A DNA stretch of 64,000 bases from a bacterium (GTDB lineage: Bacteria > 4484-113 > JAFGCY01): the NCBI GenBank assembly GCA_041395205.1, contig JAWLAZ010000003.1:215063-279062 (forward strand), in the 5' to 3' direction. The position numbers were made by a program, and so were the translations under genes. Below the pieces are notes generated by a model that saw nothing but the letters and a program-made list of their open reading frames with translations, did not search any database and had not been told where the DNA came from. Below, in pieces: positions 8,568 through 17,059 of this stretch; the stretch's first letter is position 1; every line of letters begins with the position of its first letter.

Positions 8568-10784
8568 GTGGCAGGAGCCAGGCTGGAGATCGGTGGCAGG
8601 GACGGTCGGACCGTGGTGTTCCGCGGCAACCGCAGGTACCTGCCCGCGCGCATCCGCAGCGTGATCAACAGCCATTTCAGCAACTGGAATGCGCTGAAGG
8701 AAATCTCCGCCTGGCCGGAACTGCTGCGTGAGCTGGCCGAGGTCAATGCCCAGAAGACCTTTGAAGGCACGGACTGGGCCGCGCTCAATGCCTTCTATGA
8801 CGAGGAGATGAAGCGCTTCAGCGTCCTGATCCACGGCGCGGTGGCGGAGGGCGTTGCCAGTTTCCATGTGCACCCCGCCGTGGCGGACACCGCACCGCGT
8901 ATCCGCCAGATCCGCACGCAGTACTGCGATGCGGAGGGCAGGCTGCTGCACAACCACGACATCTGGCGCGTGGAGAAGCTGCTGCGCCGGCATGCCTCCA
9001 ATGTTCGCTTCACGCCGGACTTCGTGCCGGCCCTCAAGCACTTCGCCACGGATGCCCTGAGCATTGAACCCAGCCTGAGCTTCTTCCGCCAGATCCAGGT
9101 CTACCACACCCCGCAGTTCCTGAATGTAGAACTGCAGCGGATCCTCAGCCCGGCTATCGACCGCGTACATACCCTGCTTGATCCGACTGCCCTGCAGCAG
9201 CTGCTGGACAGCCTGGAACAGGCCGGTGCGCGCCTGCGGGTCGACCCCGGGATTGCCGAGATCGTGCAGCACTACAATGCCCTGCGCCGGGTCTGCTCCG
9301 ATCCCGGCTACGAGCAGTCCGTTGCCAATGTACTGAATGGCAAGCTGCGCGCCGAGCTCTACGGCTACCAGCGTGAAGGTGTGGGCTTCCTCGTGCACAA
9401 TCGCCGGGCTCTGCTGGCTGACGATATGGGGCTTGGCAAGACCCTGCAGGCGATGAGCGGTGCGCTGTACCTGAAGCAGCTCGGAGAGGTGCAGCGCGTA
9501 CTCGTGGTCTGTCCCTCCTCGCTCAAGTACCAGTGGCAGGCCGAGATCAGCAAGTTCACCGGCGAACGCGTGCAGGTGATCGGCGGCACAAAGCAGGAAC
9601 GCCAGGCAATCTACGATGCCGCCGGTGCCGGCGGCGGCGGCCTGCTCGGAGTGGACGACACGCCCTTCTTCAGCGTGATCAACTATGAGCTGGTGCATCG
9701 CGACATCGAGCAGCTGACCAAGCTGGCCCCGCAGCTCCTGATCCTTGATGAGGCCCAGCGCGTCAAGAACTTCCGCACCAAGACCGCCCAGGCGGTGTTC
9801 TCGATCCCCGCTGCCAACGTCTTCGTGCTGACCGGCACTCCGCTCGAGAACCAGCTGATGGAACTGTTCACGATCCTCAAGTTCGTTGACGACCGCGCCC
9901 TCGGCAAGAACCCCATCGCCTTCCGTGACCGCTATGTGCTCACCGACCAGTTCGGCAGCATCAAGGGCTACCGCCATGTCGAGGAAGTGGCCCGCAAGAT
10001 CGCCGGGATCACCCTGCGCCGCACCAAGGAAGAAGCCCTCGAGGACCTGCCGCCGCTCGTGACCAGCTACGCCCGTCTCGAGCTGACCGACGAACAGAAG
10101 GGCATCTACCGCGAACTGCGCGGCGAGGCCCGCGAGATGCTGAGCCAGGAGGCCTGGGACAGCACACATACACAGAATGCGATGGTGCTGCTGCAGCGCC
10201 TGCGCGAGGTCTGCGACAGCCCGGAACTGATCGACCCGCAGTACACCAGCAGCCAGAAGCTCAATGAGCTGGAGGCGATCCTTGAGGATGAGGTCAGCAC
10301 CCTGGACCGCCAGGTGATCATCTTCACGCAGTGGACGCGCATGGGCGAAATCATCCTGCGCCTGCTGACATCACGCGGCTACAGCTGCGGCTTCCTGCAT
10401 GGCGGGCTGAAGGCCGAGGAGCGCCAGCAGCTCGTGGAGCGCTTCCAGCGCGGCGAGGACCGGATCTTCCTCTCCACGGATGCCGGCGGCACCGGCCTCA
10501 ACCTGCAGAGCGCTTCGATGGTGATCAACTATGACCTGCCCTTCAACCCGGCCAAGCTTGATCAGCGCGTGGCCCGCGCCCACCGCCTGGGCCAGAAGCA
10601 AACTGTATTTGTAGTCAACATGATCTGCCGTAATACTGTTGAGGAAAGACTGGTCAGGATCCTCAGCGAGAAGAAGAGCCTGTTTGATGATGTATTCGGT
10701 AACATATCTGACCCGCGCAACATTTCCGGCGCGTCAATGTCCCCGCGCTCCATGCGGGAACTGCTGAGGGAGCTGGTCAGATGA
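8568..10784 (+). CDS. SNF2 family DNA-dependent ATPase/helicase with an uncharacterised N-terminal region of about 260 aa
   Basis: Helicase motifs DDMGLGKTLQA (I), ILDEAQRVKN (II), LTGTPLENQLMEL (III), and C-terminal FLSTDAGGTGLNLQ and RAHRLGQ; GTG start is uncertain. Confidence 0.85.
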   Translation: MAGARLEIGGRDGRTVVFRGNRRYLPARIRSVINSHFSNWNALKEISAWPELLRELAEVNAQKTFEGTDWAALNAFYDEEMKRFSVLIHGAVAEGVASFHVHPAVADTAPRIRQIRTQYCDAEGRLLHNHDIWRVEKLLRRHASNVRFTPDFVPALKHFATDALSIEPSLSFFRQIQVYHTPQFLNVELQRILSPAIDRVHTLLDPTALQQLLDSLEQAGARLRVDPGIAEIVQHYNALRRVCSDPGYEQSVANVLNGKLRAELYGYQREGVGFLVHNRRALLADDMGLGKTLQAMSGALYLKQLGEVQRVLVVCPSSLKYQWQAEISKFTGERVQVIGGTKQERQAIYDAAGAGGGGLLGVDDTPFFSVINYELVHRDIEQLTKLAPQLLILDEAQRVKNFRTKTAQAVFSIPAANVFVLTGTPLENQLMELFTILKFVDDRALGKNPIAFRDRYVLTDQFGSIKGYRHVEEVARKIAGITLRRTKEEALEDLPPLVTSYARLELTDEQKGIYRELRGEAREMLSQEAWDSTHTQNAMVLLQRLREVCDSPELIDPQYTSSQKLNELEAILEDEVSTLDRQVIIFTQWTRMGEIILRLLTSRGYSCGFLHGGLKAEERQQLVERFQRGEDRIFLSTDAGGTGLNLQSASMVINYDLPFNPAKLDQRVARAHRLGQKQTVFVVNMICRNTVEERLVRILSEKKSLFDDVFGNISDPRNISGASMSPRSMRELLRELVR

Positions 10785-11629
10785 TGGAGAGCAAGATGCA
10801 TTCGGCAACCGTCAGCGAACCCGTCGTGATCGAGGGCCGCGGCCTGTTCAGCGGTCTGAACTGCCGGGCGGTGATCGTCCCGCGCTATGAAGGCAGCGGT
10901 CTGACCTACTACCGCGAGGGCCAGCCCATTGAGGCCGTGGTGCAGAACTTCCATGAGCAGCCCAACTGCACGGTGCTCAGCAACGGCCGCCTGAGCCTCG
11001 CGGTCACCGAGCATATCCAGGCCGCACTCTGGGCCGCCGGGATCGACAGCGCGGAGATCCACGTGGATGGCCCGGAACTCCCGAACCACGATGGCGGAGC
11101 CGCCAGCCTGTATGACGCCATCGCTGCGGTGCCTGATGAATCACTCGGGATCCAGCGTCCGCTGCTGACAATCGGCGCCGTGCTGGAAGTCAGCGACGGC
11201 GAGAGCTACATCCGCCTTGCACCCTGCGACGAACTGCGCATCAGCTACAGCTTCGCCCATCCCGAACTCGGCGAGCAACTCTACGTCTCGGAGCTGGACC
11301 GCGGCATGGCTGTCAACGAACTGCTGCCGGCGCGGACCTTCATCACGGAGCGTGAGGCCCAGCTGGCCCGCAGTGCCGGCTTCCTGCACAATGAGCATGA
11401 GGAGGACGCCCTCGTGCTGCGCAATGGCCAGCCCAACAAGCCTCTGTTCTTCAGCAATGAATTCGCGCGCCACAAGGTGCTCGACCTGCTGGGCGATCTC
11501 TACATCCTGCCCTTTGACTGGCAGGCGGACATCACGGCGCACCTGAGCGGGCACAAGCTCAACCGCGAACTTGCCAGGCAGTTGATGGGGATGTATGAAA
11601 CGGCGCGCAGCGGCGGGCAGAGCAGCTGA
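10781..11629 (+). CDS. lpxC: UDP-3-O-acyl-N-acetylglucosamine deacetylase
   Basis: EFARHKVLDLLGDLYIL and LSGHKLNRELARQL motifs characteristic of LpxC; its ATG overlaps the SNF2 stop (ATGA). Confidence 0.85.
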   Translation: MMESKMHSATVSEPVVIEGRGLFSGLNCRAVIVPRYEGSGLTYYREGQPIEAVVQNFHEQPNCTVLSNGRLSLAVTEHIQAALWAAGIDSAEIHVDGPELPNHDGGAASLYDAIAAVPDESLGIQRPLLTIGAVLEVSDGESYIRLAPCDELRISYSFAHPELGEQLYVSELDRGMAVNELLPARTFITEREAQLARSAGFLHNEHEEDALVLRNGQPNKPLFFSNEFARHKVLDLLGDLYILPFDWQADITAHLSGHKLNRELARQLMGMYETARSGGQSS

Positions 11630-13612
11630 TCAGAAGATCCGTGTGTGGTAGAGATACCACTCCACGCTGATCAGCAGCAGCACGATGCCGATGATCCAGG
11701 GATAGAACTCCCGGTTGCGCATCACTTCCTGCACGCCGCGGATCTCCCCGAGGCTTTCCGTGCCGTTGCTGGCCAGGAACTCCTCGGCATTCTTAGTGCG
11801 GATCGTCTGCGCCGGAGCGATGTTGCTCTCATACTCATTCACGAGGCTGACCGGCAGCAAGGTCTCACTGATCAGGCCTCCGGCATCATCCAGATAATTG
11901 ATCTCATAGATCCCCGTGCGCCGTGTGTCGCTGATCGCGAAGCGCCGTGAATTGAGCGGGACCGTCTCCTCGCTGCCATCCGGCATGCGCAGGCGGTAAC
12001 TTACGGCCTCCACCGGTGCCAGCAGCTCAGCGGTCAGCCCGGCGCTGATGCCGTTGCCGGCGCTGCCCGCGCTGCCCTGGCCGAGGTAGGTGATGGTATC
12101 CATCATGAACAGCGGGAAGGCGCTGAGCACCGGGAAGTTGCTATCGTAGATGTCGAAGGCCAGGTAGACCGTGCGCTGGCCGTTGTTGTCACCTTCGACG
12201 ACCAGCGGGCCTTCACTCGTGTCAATGATGCTGCGCGCATAGGGCTTGAGCTGCACGCGGCGCTGGCTGTTGAGGTTCAGCGTGTTGAAGCGCGCGATGC
12301 GCGTGATCGGATGCGTCACGCTTTCCCCGACCACGGCCAGGTAGACCGGCGGGTCCGCCTGGTAGTCCTTCTGCACCTCCGCCCCGGCCTCCACCGGTAG
12401 CAGCGGGCTGGCCGTGCTGTTGATGAACAGGTAGCTGTCCGAGGGGTCGGCAACGAATGGCGCATCACCCTCCACCACCCAGACATCCATGTCGGTGCTG
12501 ACAGGCTGGCCGTCGTCAATGCTCTCGCCGCTGTCAGCGGTGATGATCTGCGTGAAGCTGCTGCCGTCGTACTCGAAGTAGTCAATGTCCGGCAGGCTCT
12601 GCATCAGCGCCCGGAGCAGGATGCTGTCACCCTCTGAGCAGAGCGCGACCTTGTAGCGCGGACGCTGCGGCAGCACGATCCAGGCTTCGTTGTCCTCGCG
12701 CAGGGTGTCCTCGCTGTCGATCTCGACCTTCAGCGGATCCGGGAAGTACGGCACCTGGTCAATCACGATCTCGCGGCGCTGCCCCGGACGCAGGCTGACT
12801 TCCTCGCTCACGCTGTCAACGTCATTGCGAAACAGCGTCAGCGTGAAGTCCTGCTGCGTGCCGTAGAAATTGTGTACGGCCACGAACAGTTCATAGAAGC
12901 CGCTGAGCGGATTGAGCCGCGCCCCCGCACCGACGATCGCCACGTTGTCAGCGCTGGAGCCGACCGGGAAGAAGCGGATCTGCAGGTCCGTGGTGCTGTC
13001 CGGACTGAGGTCCTCCACGGCCCCGTCGGAGAAGATCACCACCTGCAGTTCACCGTCGCGCTCCGAGAGCGATGAGCAGAAGCGCATTGCGCTGTCCAGG
13101 TCGGCCTGGCCTCCGGCATAGTCCCGGGCACGGGAGATCGCCTTCTTCAGTGTGCTCTTGTTGCCGGTGAAGCCGCTCAGCGTGATCGGGCTCTGCGGTC
13201 CGGCCACGACAACCATGCCCTCGGCACCGCGCGGGAAGCCGGTCACGGCGTCATCCGCCAGCCGCAGGGCATCAGCCAGGCGGTCCGGGCTGCCATCGCG
13301 GGCCAGCATCGATGCGCTGGCATCGATCACGAAGATCGTCTTGCCGCGCTCAACGAAGTTGTCAAACATGAAGGGCCGGGACAATGCCAGCGCCAGCAGG
13401 ATCAGCGCGATGATCTGCAGGATCATCAGCAGGTTGCGCCGCAGCTTCTGCCAGGGGGCATTGGCACGGAAGTCGGCCAGGGCCTGCTCCCAGAGCAGCG
13501 TCGAGCTGACATCAACCTTGACGCGCTTGAGCTTGAGGATATAGAGCAGGATGATTCCGCCGGCGAGCGCCCCCCAGGCCAGTGCGAGCGGATTTAGGAA
13601 GAATCTTTCCAC
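11630..13612 (-). CDS. BatA-like VWA domain protein with N-terminal double-TM domain
   Basis: N-terminus LALAWGALAGGIILLYILKLKR....LLWEQALA, then a second TM; VWA MIDAS TIFVIDASASM; long extracellular C-terminal region ending in a TM helix. Confidence 0.65.
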   Translation of the reverse strand: MERFFLNPLALAWGALAGGIILLYILKLKRVKVDVSSTLLWEQALADFRANAPWQKLRRNLLMILQIIALILLALALSRPFMFDNFVERGKTIFVIDASASMLARDGSPDRLADALRLADDAVTGFPRGAEGMVVVAGPQSPITLSGFTGNKSTLKKAISRARDYAGGQADLDSAMRFCSSLSERDGELQVVIFSDGAVEDLSPDSTTDLQIRFFPVGSSADNVAIVGAGARLNPLSGFYELFVAVHNFYGTQQDFTLTLFRNDVDSVSEEVSLRPGQRREIVIDQVPYFPDPLKVEIDSEDTLREDNEAWIVLPQRPRYKVALCSEGDSILLRALMQSLPDIDYFEYDGSSFTQIITADSGESIDDGQPVSTDMDVWVVEGDAPFVADPSDSYLFINSTASPLLPVEAGAEVQKDYQADPPVYLAVVGESVTHPITRIARFNTLNLNSQRRVQLKPYARSIIDTSEGPLVVEGDNNGQRTVYLAFDIYDSNFPVLSAFPLFMMDTITYLGQGSAGSAGNGISAGLTAELLAPVEAVSYRLRMPDGSEETVPLNSRRFAISDTRRTGIYEINYLDDAGGLISETLLPVSLVNEYESNIAPAQTIRTKNAEEFLASNGTESLGEIRGVQEVMRNREFYPWIIGIVLLLISVEWYLYHTRIF

Positions 13613-13646
13613 TGAATAGGATTATAGCGGAACAGGCCCGCAGGTT

Positions 13647-14462
13647 TCACATTGCGAGGTTTTCGAGGTCCTCGGGTGCCAGCATCCCACGCAGCTTGCC
13701 GAGCGCCTTGCGCGTCAGCCGCGAGACATTCATCTGGCTCGTGACGAGGATGTCGGCGATTTCCTTCTGCGTCTTCTGCTCGAAGAAGTAGAGCTTGATC
13801 ACCTTGCTCTCCGTCTCCGTCAGGTTGGAGAGGATGCTCTCCCAGAAGATCCCGCGCTTGGTGCTGTTCAGGTCGTGGCTTGCACTAGCCGCGCCGTCGT
13901 CGGACATGCTGAAGCTGATGTCGCTTTCGCGCTCATTGTCCTTGAAGCTCTGCGGATGGTAGGCACTGCCGAGCTCCATCGCCTCCAGCACCTGCTCCTC
14001 ACTGAAGCCGGTCTTCGTGGCGATCTCAGCGACGGTCGGCTCCTGCTCGGAGTTTGCATTGAGCTCATTCACGGTGTTGAAGACCTTGAGTGAGCGCTCC
14101 TTCAGGTCACGCGGCACGTTGAGTGCCCAGGTCTTGTCACGGAAGTAGCGCTGGATCTCCCCCTGGATCGTCTGCCAGGCATAGGTGGAAAAGCGGTAGT
14201 TGTATTCAAGGTCGAAGCGCCGCACAGCCAGCAGGAGCCCGTAGCTCCCGACCTGCACCAGGTCGTCGAACTGGTCCGGCTGGTACTTGAACTTGTGGAC
14301 GATACGGTAGACGAGGGGCTTGAACTTCTCGACGATCAGTTCTTCATTGGACTGGGTCGGATCGGCGATGTAACGCGCGAAAAGGGCACGCTCTTCCTCG
14401 CGCTCCCTTTCACGGTCTTCAGTTTCGTAAAGCTGGTTAGGCTCGTCCGTCCGTTCTGTCAT
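13647..14462 (-). CDS. RNA polymerase sigma factor, sigma-70 group 3 (SigB/SigF/WhiG-like)
   Basis: Region 2 DLVQVGSYGLLLAVRRFD..YRFSTYAWQTIQGEI and region 4 QKEIADILVTSQMNVSRLTRKAL; chosen start MTERTD is at 14462 (the ORF is open to 14528) and overlaps the upstream RsbW-like gene by 26 nt. Confidence 0.8.
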   Translation of the reverse strand: MTERTDEPNQLYETEDREREREEERALFARYIADPTQSNEELIVEKFKPLVYRIVHKFKYQPDQFDDLVQVGSYGLLLAVRRFDLEYNYRFSTYAWQTIQGEIQRYFRDKTWALNVPRDLKERSLKVFNTVNELNANSEQEPTVAEIATKTGFSEEQVLEAMELGSAYHPQSFKDNERESDISFSMSDDGAASASHDLNSTKRGIFWESILSNLTETESKVIKLYFFEQKTQKEIADILVTSQMNVSRLTRKALGKLRGMLAPEDLENLAM

Positions 14463-14865
14463 CGAAGATGAATGGCCTGTCTTCCCGGTATTTGATGTCG
14501 AAACCGATGTCGAGGTGCTCCACGCCATCGATCACGCTGGAATTATACTCGCCACCCAGGTTCTTGAGGACGGCCAGATTCGCGGCGTTGGTGACACTCT
14601 TGTGCTTGCCGCTGGGGTCGGAGATCGAAACGGAGATGTGAGACTCGTCCTGCGTCCAGCGCAGGTTGATCAGACCGGTGGCCCCGGTACATTTCTCGGC
14701 CACAGTGATGAAGGCCTCCCCGATCACGAGCTTCAGGTTCTCCAGTTCGTCCAGCGGCAGTCCCAGCCTGTTACCCAGACCGGAGACGAGCAGCCGCACC
14801 ACGGAGACGTAGTCCGCATTGGTGGGAACCTTGAGCTCAACCGAGTTATCCATTACTTTCACCAT
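14437..14865 (-). CDS. anti-sigma factor, RsbW/SpoIIAB-like HATPase-fold serine kinase
   Basis: About 142 aa; N-terminal ELKVPTNADYVSVVRLLVSGLGNRLGLPLDELENLKLVIGEAFITV resembles the N-box region of RsbW/SpoIIAB; AGGAGA RBS 6 nt before the ATG at 14865; translationally coupled to the downstream sigma factor. Confidence 0.6.
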   Translation of the reverse strand: MVKVMDNSVELKVPTNADYVSVVRLLVSGLGNRLGLPLDELENLKLVIGEAFITVAEKCTGATGLINLRWTQDESHISVSISDPSGKHKSVTNAANLAVLKNLGGEYNSSVIDGVEHLDIGFDIKYREDRPFIFDDRTDGRA

Positions 14866-14941
14866 TTGATTCTCCTGAGGAAGTCTCACTGATTCTGGAA
14901 CAAAACCCTGCGGTCCCGGTCCATCATCCTCACGCCTTAAT

Positions 14942-14967
14942 ATACCCCGGCCATATGTGGGTGAAAC
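14942..14967 (-). promoter_or_regulatory. putative SigB-type promoter upstream of the rsbW-like/sigma operon
   Basis: The minus strand reads GTTTCA-N14-GGGTAT, matching the general-stress sigma consensus GTTTAA-N12-15-GGGTAT; it lies about 77 nt upstream of the ATG. Confidence 0.4.
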
Positions 14968-15032
14968 AGGCGTATAGCCGCCAAATTCCCGTGAAACTGA
15001 CCTTATATTAAGTAAGACTTACTCGGGGAATT

Positions 15033-15980
15033 TCAGGTTCGGACCTTCATGCGCGGATCAAGAATGTCACGCAGTCCATCACCCAGCAGATTGAAGCCCA
15101 GCACGGTCAGCGCGAGCGCAAGGCCCGGGAAGATCCCCCACCAGGGCATGTCGTAGAAGTAGTTCTTCGCCGTGGACAGCATCCCGCCCCAGCTGGCATT
15201 GGGAGGCTGGATCCCCAGCCCGAGGAAGCTCAGTCCCGCCTCACTGAGGATGTTGTAGGCCACCTGCATTGTGGCCAGCACCGTCAGCGGCGCCATGCAG
15301 TTCGGGATGATGTGCAGCAGGATGATCCGGGAGTTGCTGCAACCCACGGCCCGGGCCGCCTCAATGAATTCCTTCTCCCTCAGCGAGATCACGGTCCCGC
15401 GGATCACGCGCGCGATCCCGGTCCAGCCCGTCAGCCCGAGCGCGATGAACAGCCCCCAGATGCCGGGGTCGATGCTGCCGCTGATGCTGCCGAGCACACT
15501 CTTCACCTCGTCGTTGTTGAGTGTCGCCAGGATGATGATCGCCAGCAGCACACCGGGAAAGGCGAAGAAGGTATCCGTCAGGCGCATCAGCAGGGTGTCG
15601 GTCCAGCCGCCGAAGTAGCCGGAAACCGTGCCGATCAGCAAGCCGATGAGCACATTGATCACCGTCGCCACCACGCCGACGAGCAGCGAGATCCTGGCTC
15701 CATGGAGCACGCGGCTGTAGACATCACGCCCGCTGCTGTCCGTACCCCAGATGAAGGTCCCGCTGCTGCGCTGGCCGTTGTCAGCATAGCTCGCCTGCCG
15801 TGCTTCATCGGCCGTGATTGCGCTGCCCGGCGGCAGCTTCTCCTGGCCACGGTACTGATAGGTCGGGCTGAAGGGTGAAAGCGTGCCGCAGAACAGGCCG
15901 GCCACGACCGCCACGAACACGATCACCAGGCCCACGAAGCCGGAACCATGACGAAACAGCTGGCGCAGCAGATCGCGCAT
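15033..15980 (-). CDS. ABC transporter permease (peptide/nickel family, DppC/OppC-like)
   Basis: Binding-protein-dependent transport inner membrane component; conserved EAA-loop region IEAARAVGCSNSRIILLHIIPN. Confidence 0.8.
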   Translation of the reverse strand: MRDLLRQLFRHGSGFVGLVIVFVAVVAGLFCGTLSPFSPTYQYRGQEKLPPGSAITADEARQASYADNGQRSSGTFIWGTDSSGRDVYSRVLHGARISLLVGVVATVINVLIGLLIGTVSGYFGGWTDTLLMRLTDTFFAFPGVLLAIIILATLNNDEVKSVLGSISGSIDPGIWGLFIALGLTGWTGIARVIRGTVISLREKEFIEAARAVGCSNSRIILLHIIPNCMAPLTVLATMQVAYNILSEAGLSFLGLGIQPPNASWGGMLSTAKNYFYDMPWWGIFPGLALALTVLGFNLLGDGLRDILDPRMKVRT

Positions 15981-17056
15981 CAGCCGTACCTCACCCGCGG
16001 ATCCACGAGCCCGTAGGTCAGGTCCACGATCAGATTGACGACCACGAACACCACGGCCATGATCATCACGCCGCCGAGCACCACCGGGTAGTCAAGCTGG
16101 TTGATGGCCTCCACCATGGCCCGGCCCATCCCCGGCCAGGCGAAGACGGTCTCCGTGAGAACCGCACCGGTCAGCAGCACGGCGAAGTTGTTGCCGACCA
16201 CGGTGATGATCGGGATCAGCGCATTGCGCAGGGCATGCGTAACCACCACCCGCGGATAGGCCAGGCCCTTGGCCCGCGCCTGGCGGATGTAGTCGAGCTT
16301 CATCACCTCCAGCATGCTGGAACGGGTCAGGCGCGCAATGATCGCCATCGGTACGGTTGCCAGGGTGAAGCCCGGCAGTACGTAGTACTTGATCGACATG
16401 TGCCACAGCCAGGCGATGTAGCTGCCACCCACGTCATTCCAGAGCACCTCCGGATTGCCGGAGTAACTCATGTCCGAGACCGGCAGCCAGCCCAGATGGT
16501 TGGCAAACAAAAGCTGCAGCAGCATCCCGAGCCAGAACACCGGCAGCGAGATCCCGGCTACGGCCAGGAGCATCAGGGCATAGTCCCAGAAGCTGCGGTT
16601 CCAGGCAGCGGAGATGATCCCCGCGCTGACCCCGAACACGATGGCGATGAACATCGCCACGAGCGTCAGCTGCATCGTGTTGCCGAATTTCGGCGCGAGA
16701 TACTCCGCGACGGGCAGGTTCTTCACGTAGCTGCGGCCCAGGTCGCCATGGCTGACCCGGCCGAGGAACATCCCGTACTGCACGAGGAAGGGCCGGTCCA
16801 GGCCGAGACTCACGCGCAGCTCACTGGCAATCTCCTCATCGTAGTGCTGGCCCATCAGGATCCGCACCGGGTCACCGGGTGCCGCACTGAGGATCGCGAA
16901 GCAGATGAAGGTCACGCCGATCAGCACCGGCAGGGCTGCGCCGAGGCGCTTGAGCACGTAGGCCCAGAAGGCGGAGCCTTCCCCTGCCCTGCGGCGTTTG
17001 CCTGCATCAACAGGCGCTGCCGCGGGTTCCTGCCCGCTGTTGGCGGTCTCACTCAA
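15980..17056 (-). CDS. ABC transporter permease (DppB/OppB-like)
   Basis: Six-TM permease, N-terminus FWAYVLKRLGAALPVLIGVTFICFAIL, QARAKGL EAA motif. Confidence 0.8.
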   Translation of the reverse strand: MSETANSGQEPAAAPVDAGKRRRAGEGSAFWAYVLKRLGAALPVLIGVTFICFAILSAAPGDPVRILMGQHYDEEIASELRVSLGLDRPFLVQYGMFLGRVSHGDLGRSYVKNLPVAEYLAPKFGNTMQLTLVAMFIAIVFGVSAGIISAAWNRSFWDYALMLLAVAGISLPVFWLGMLLQLLFANHLGWLPVSDMSYSGNPEVLWNDVGGSYIAWLWHMSIKYYVLPGFTLATVPMAIIARLTRSSMLEVMKLDYIRQARAKGLAYPRVVVTHALRNALIPIITVVGNNFAVLLTGAVLTETVFAWPGMGRAMVEAINQLDYPVVLGGVMIMAVVFVVVNLIVDLTYGLVDPRVRYG

Positions 17057-17059
17057 GGC

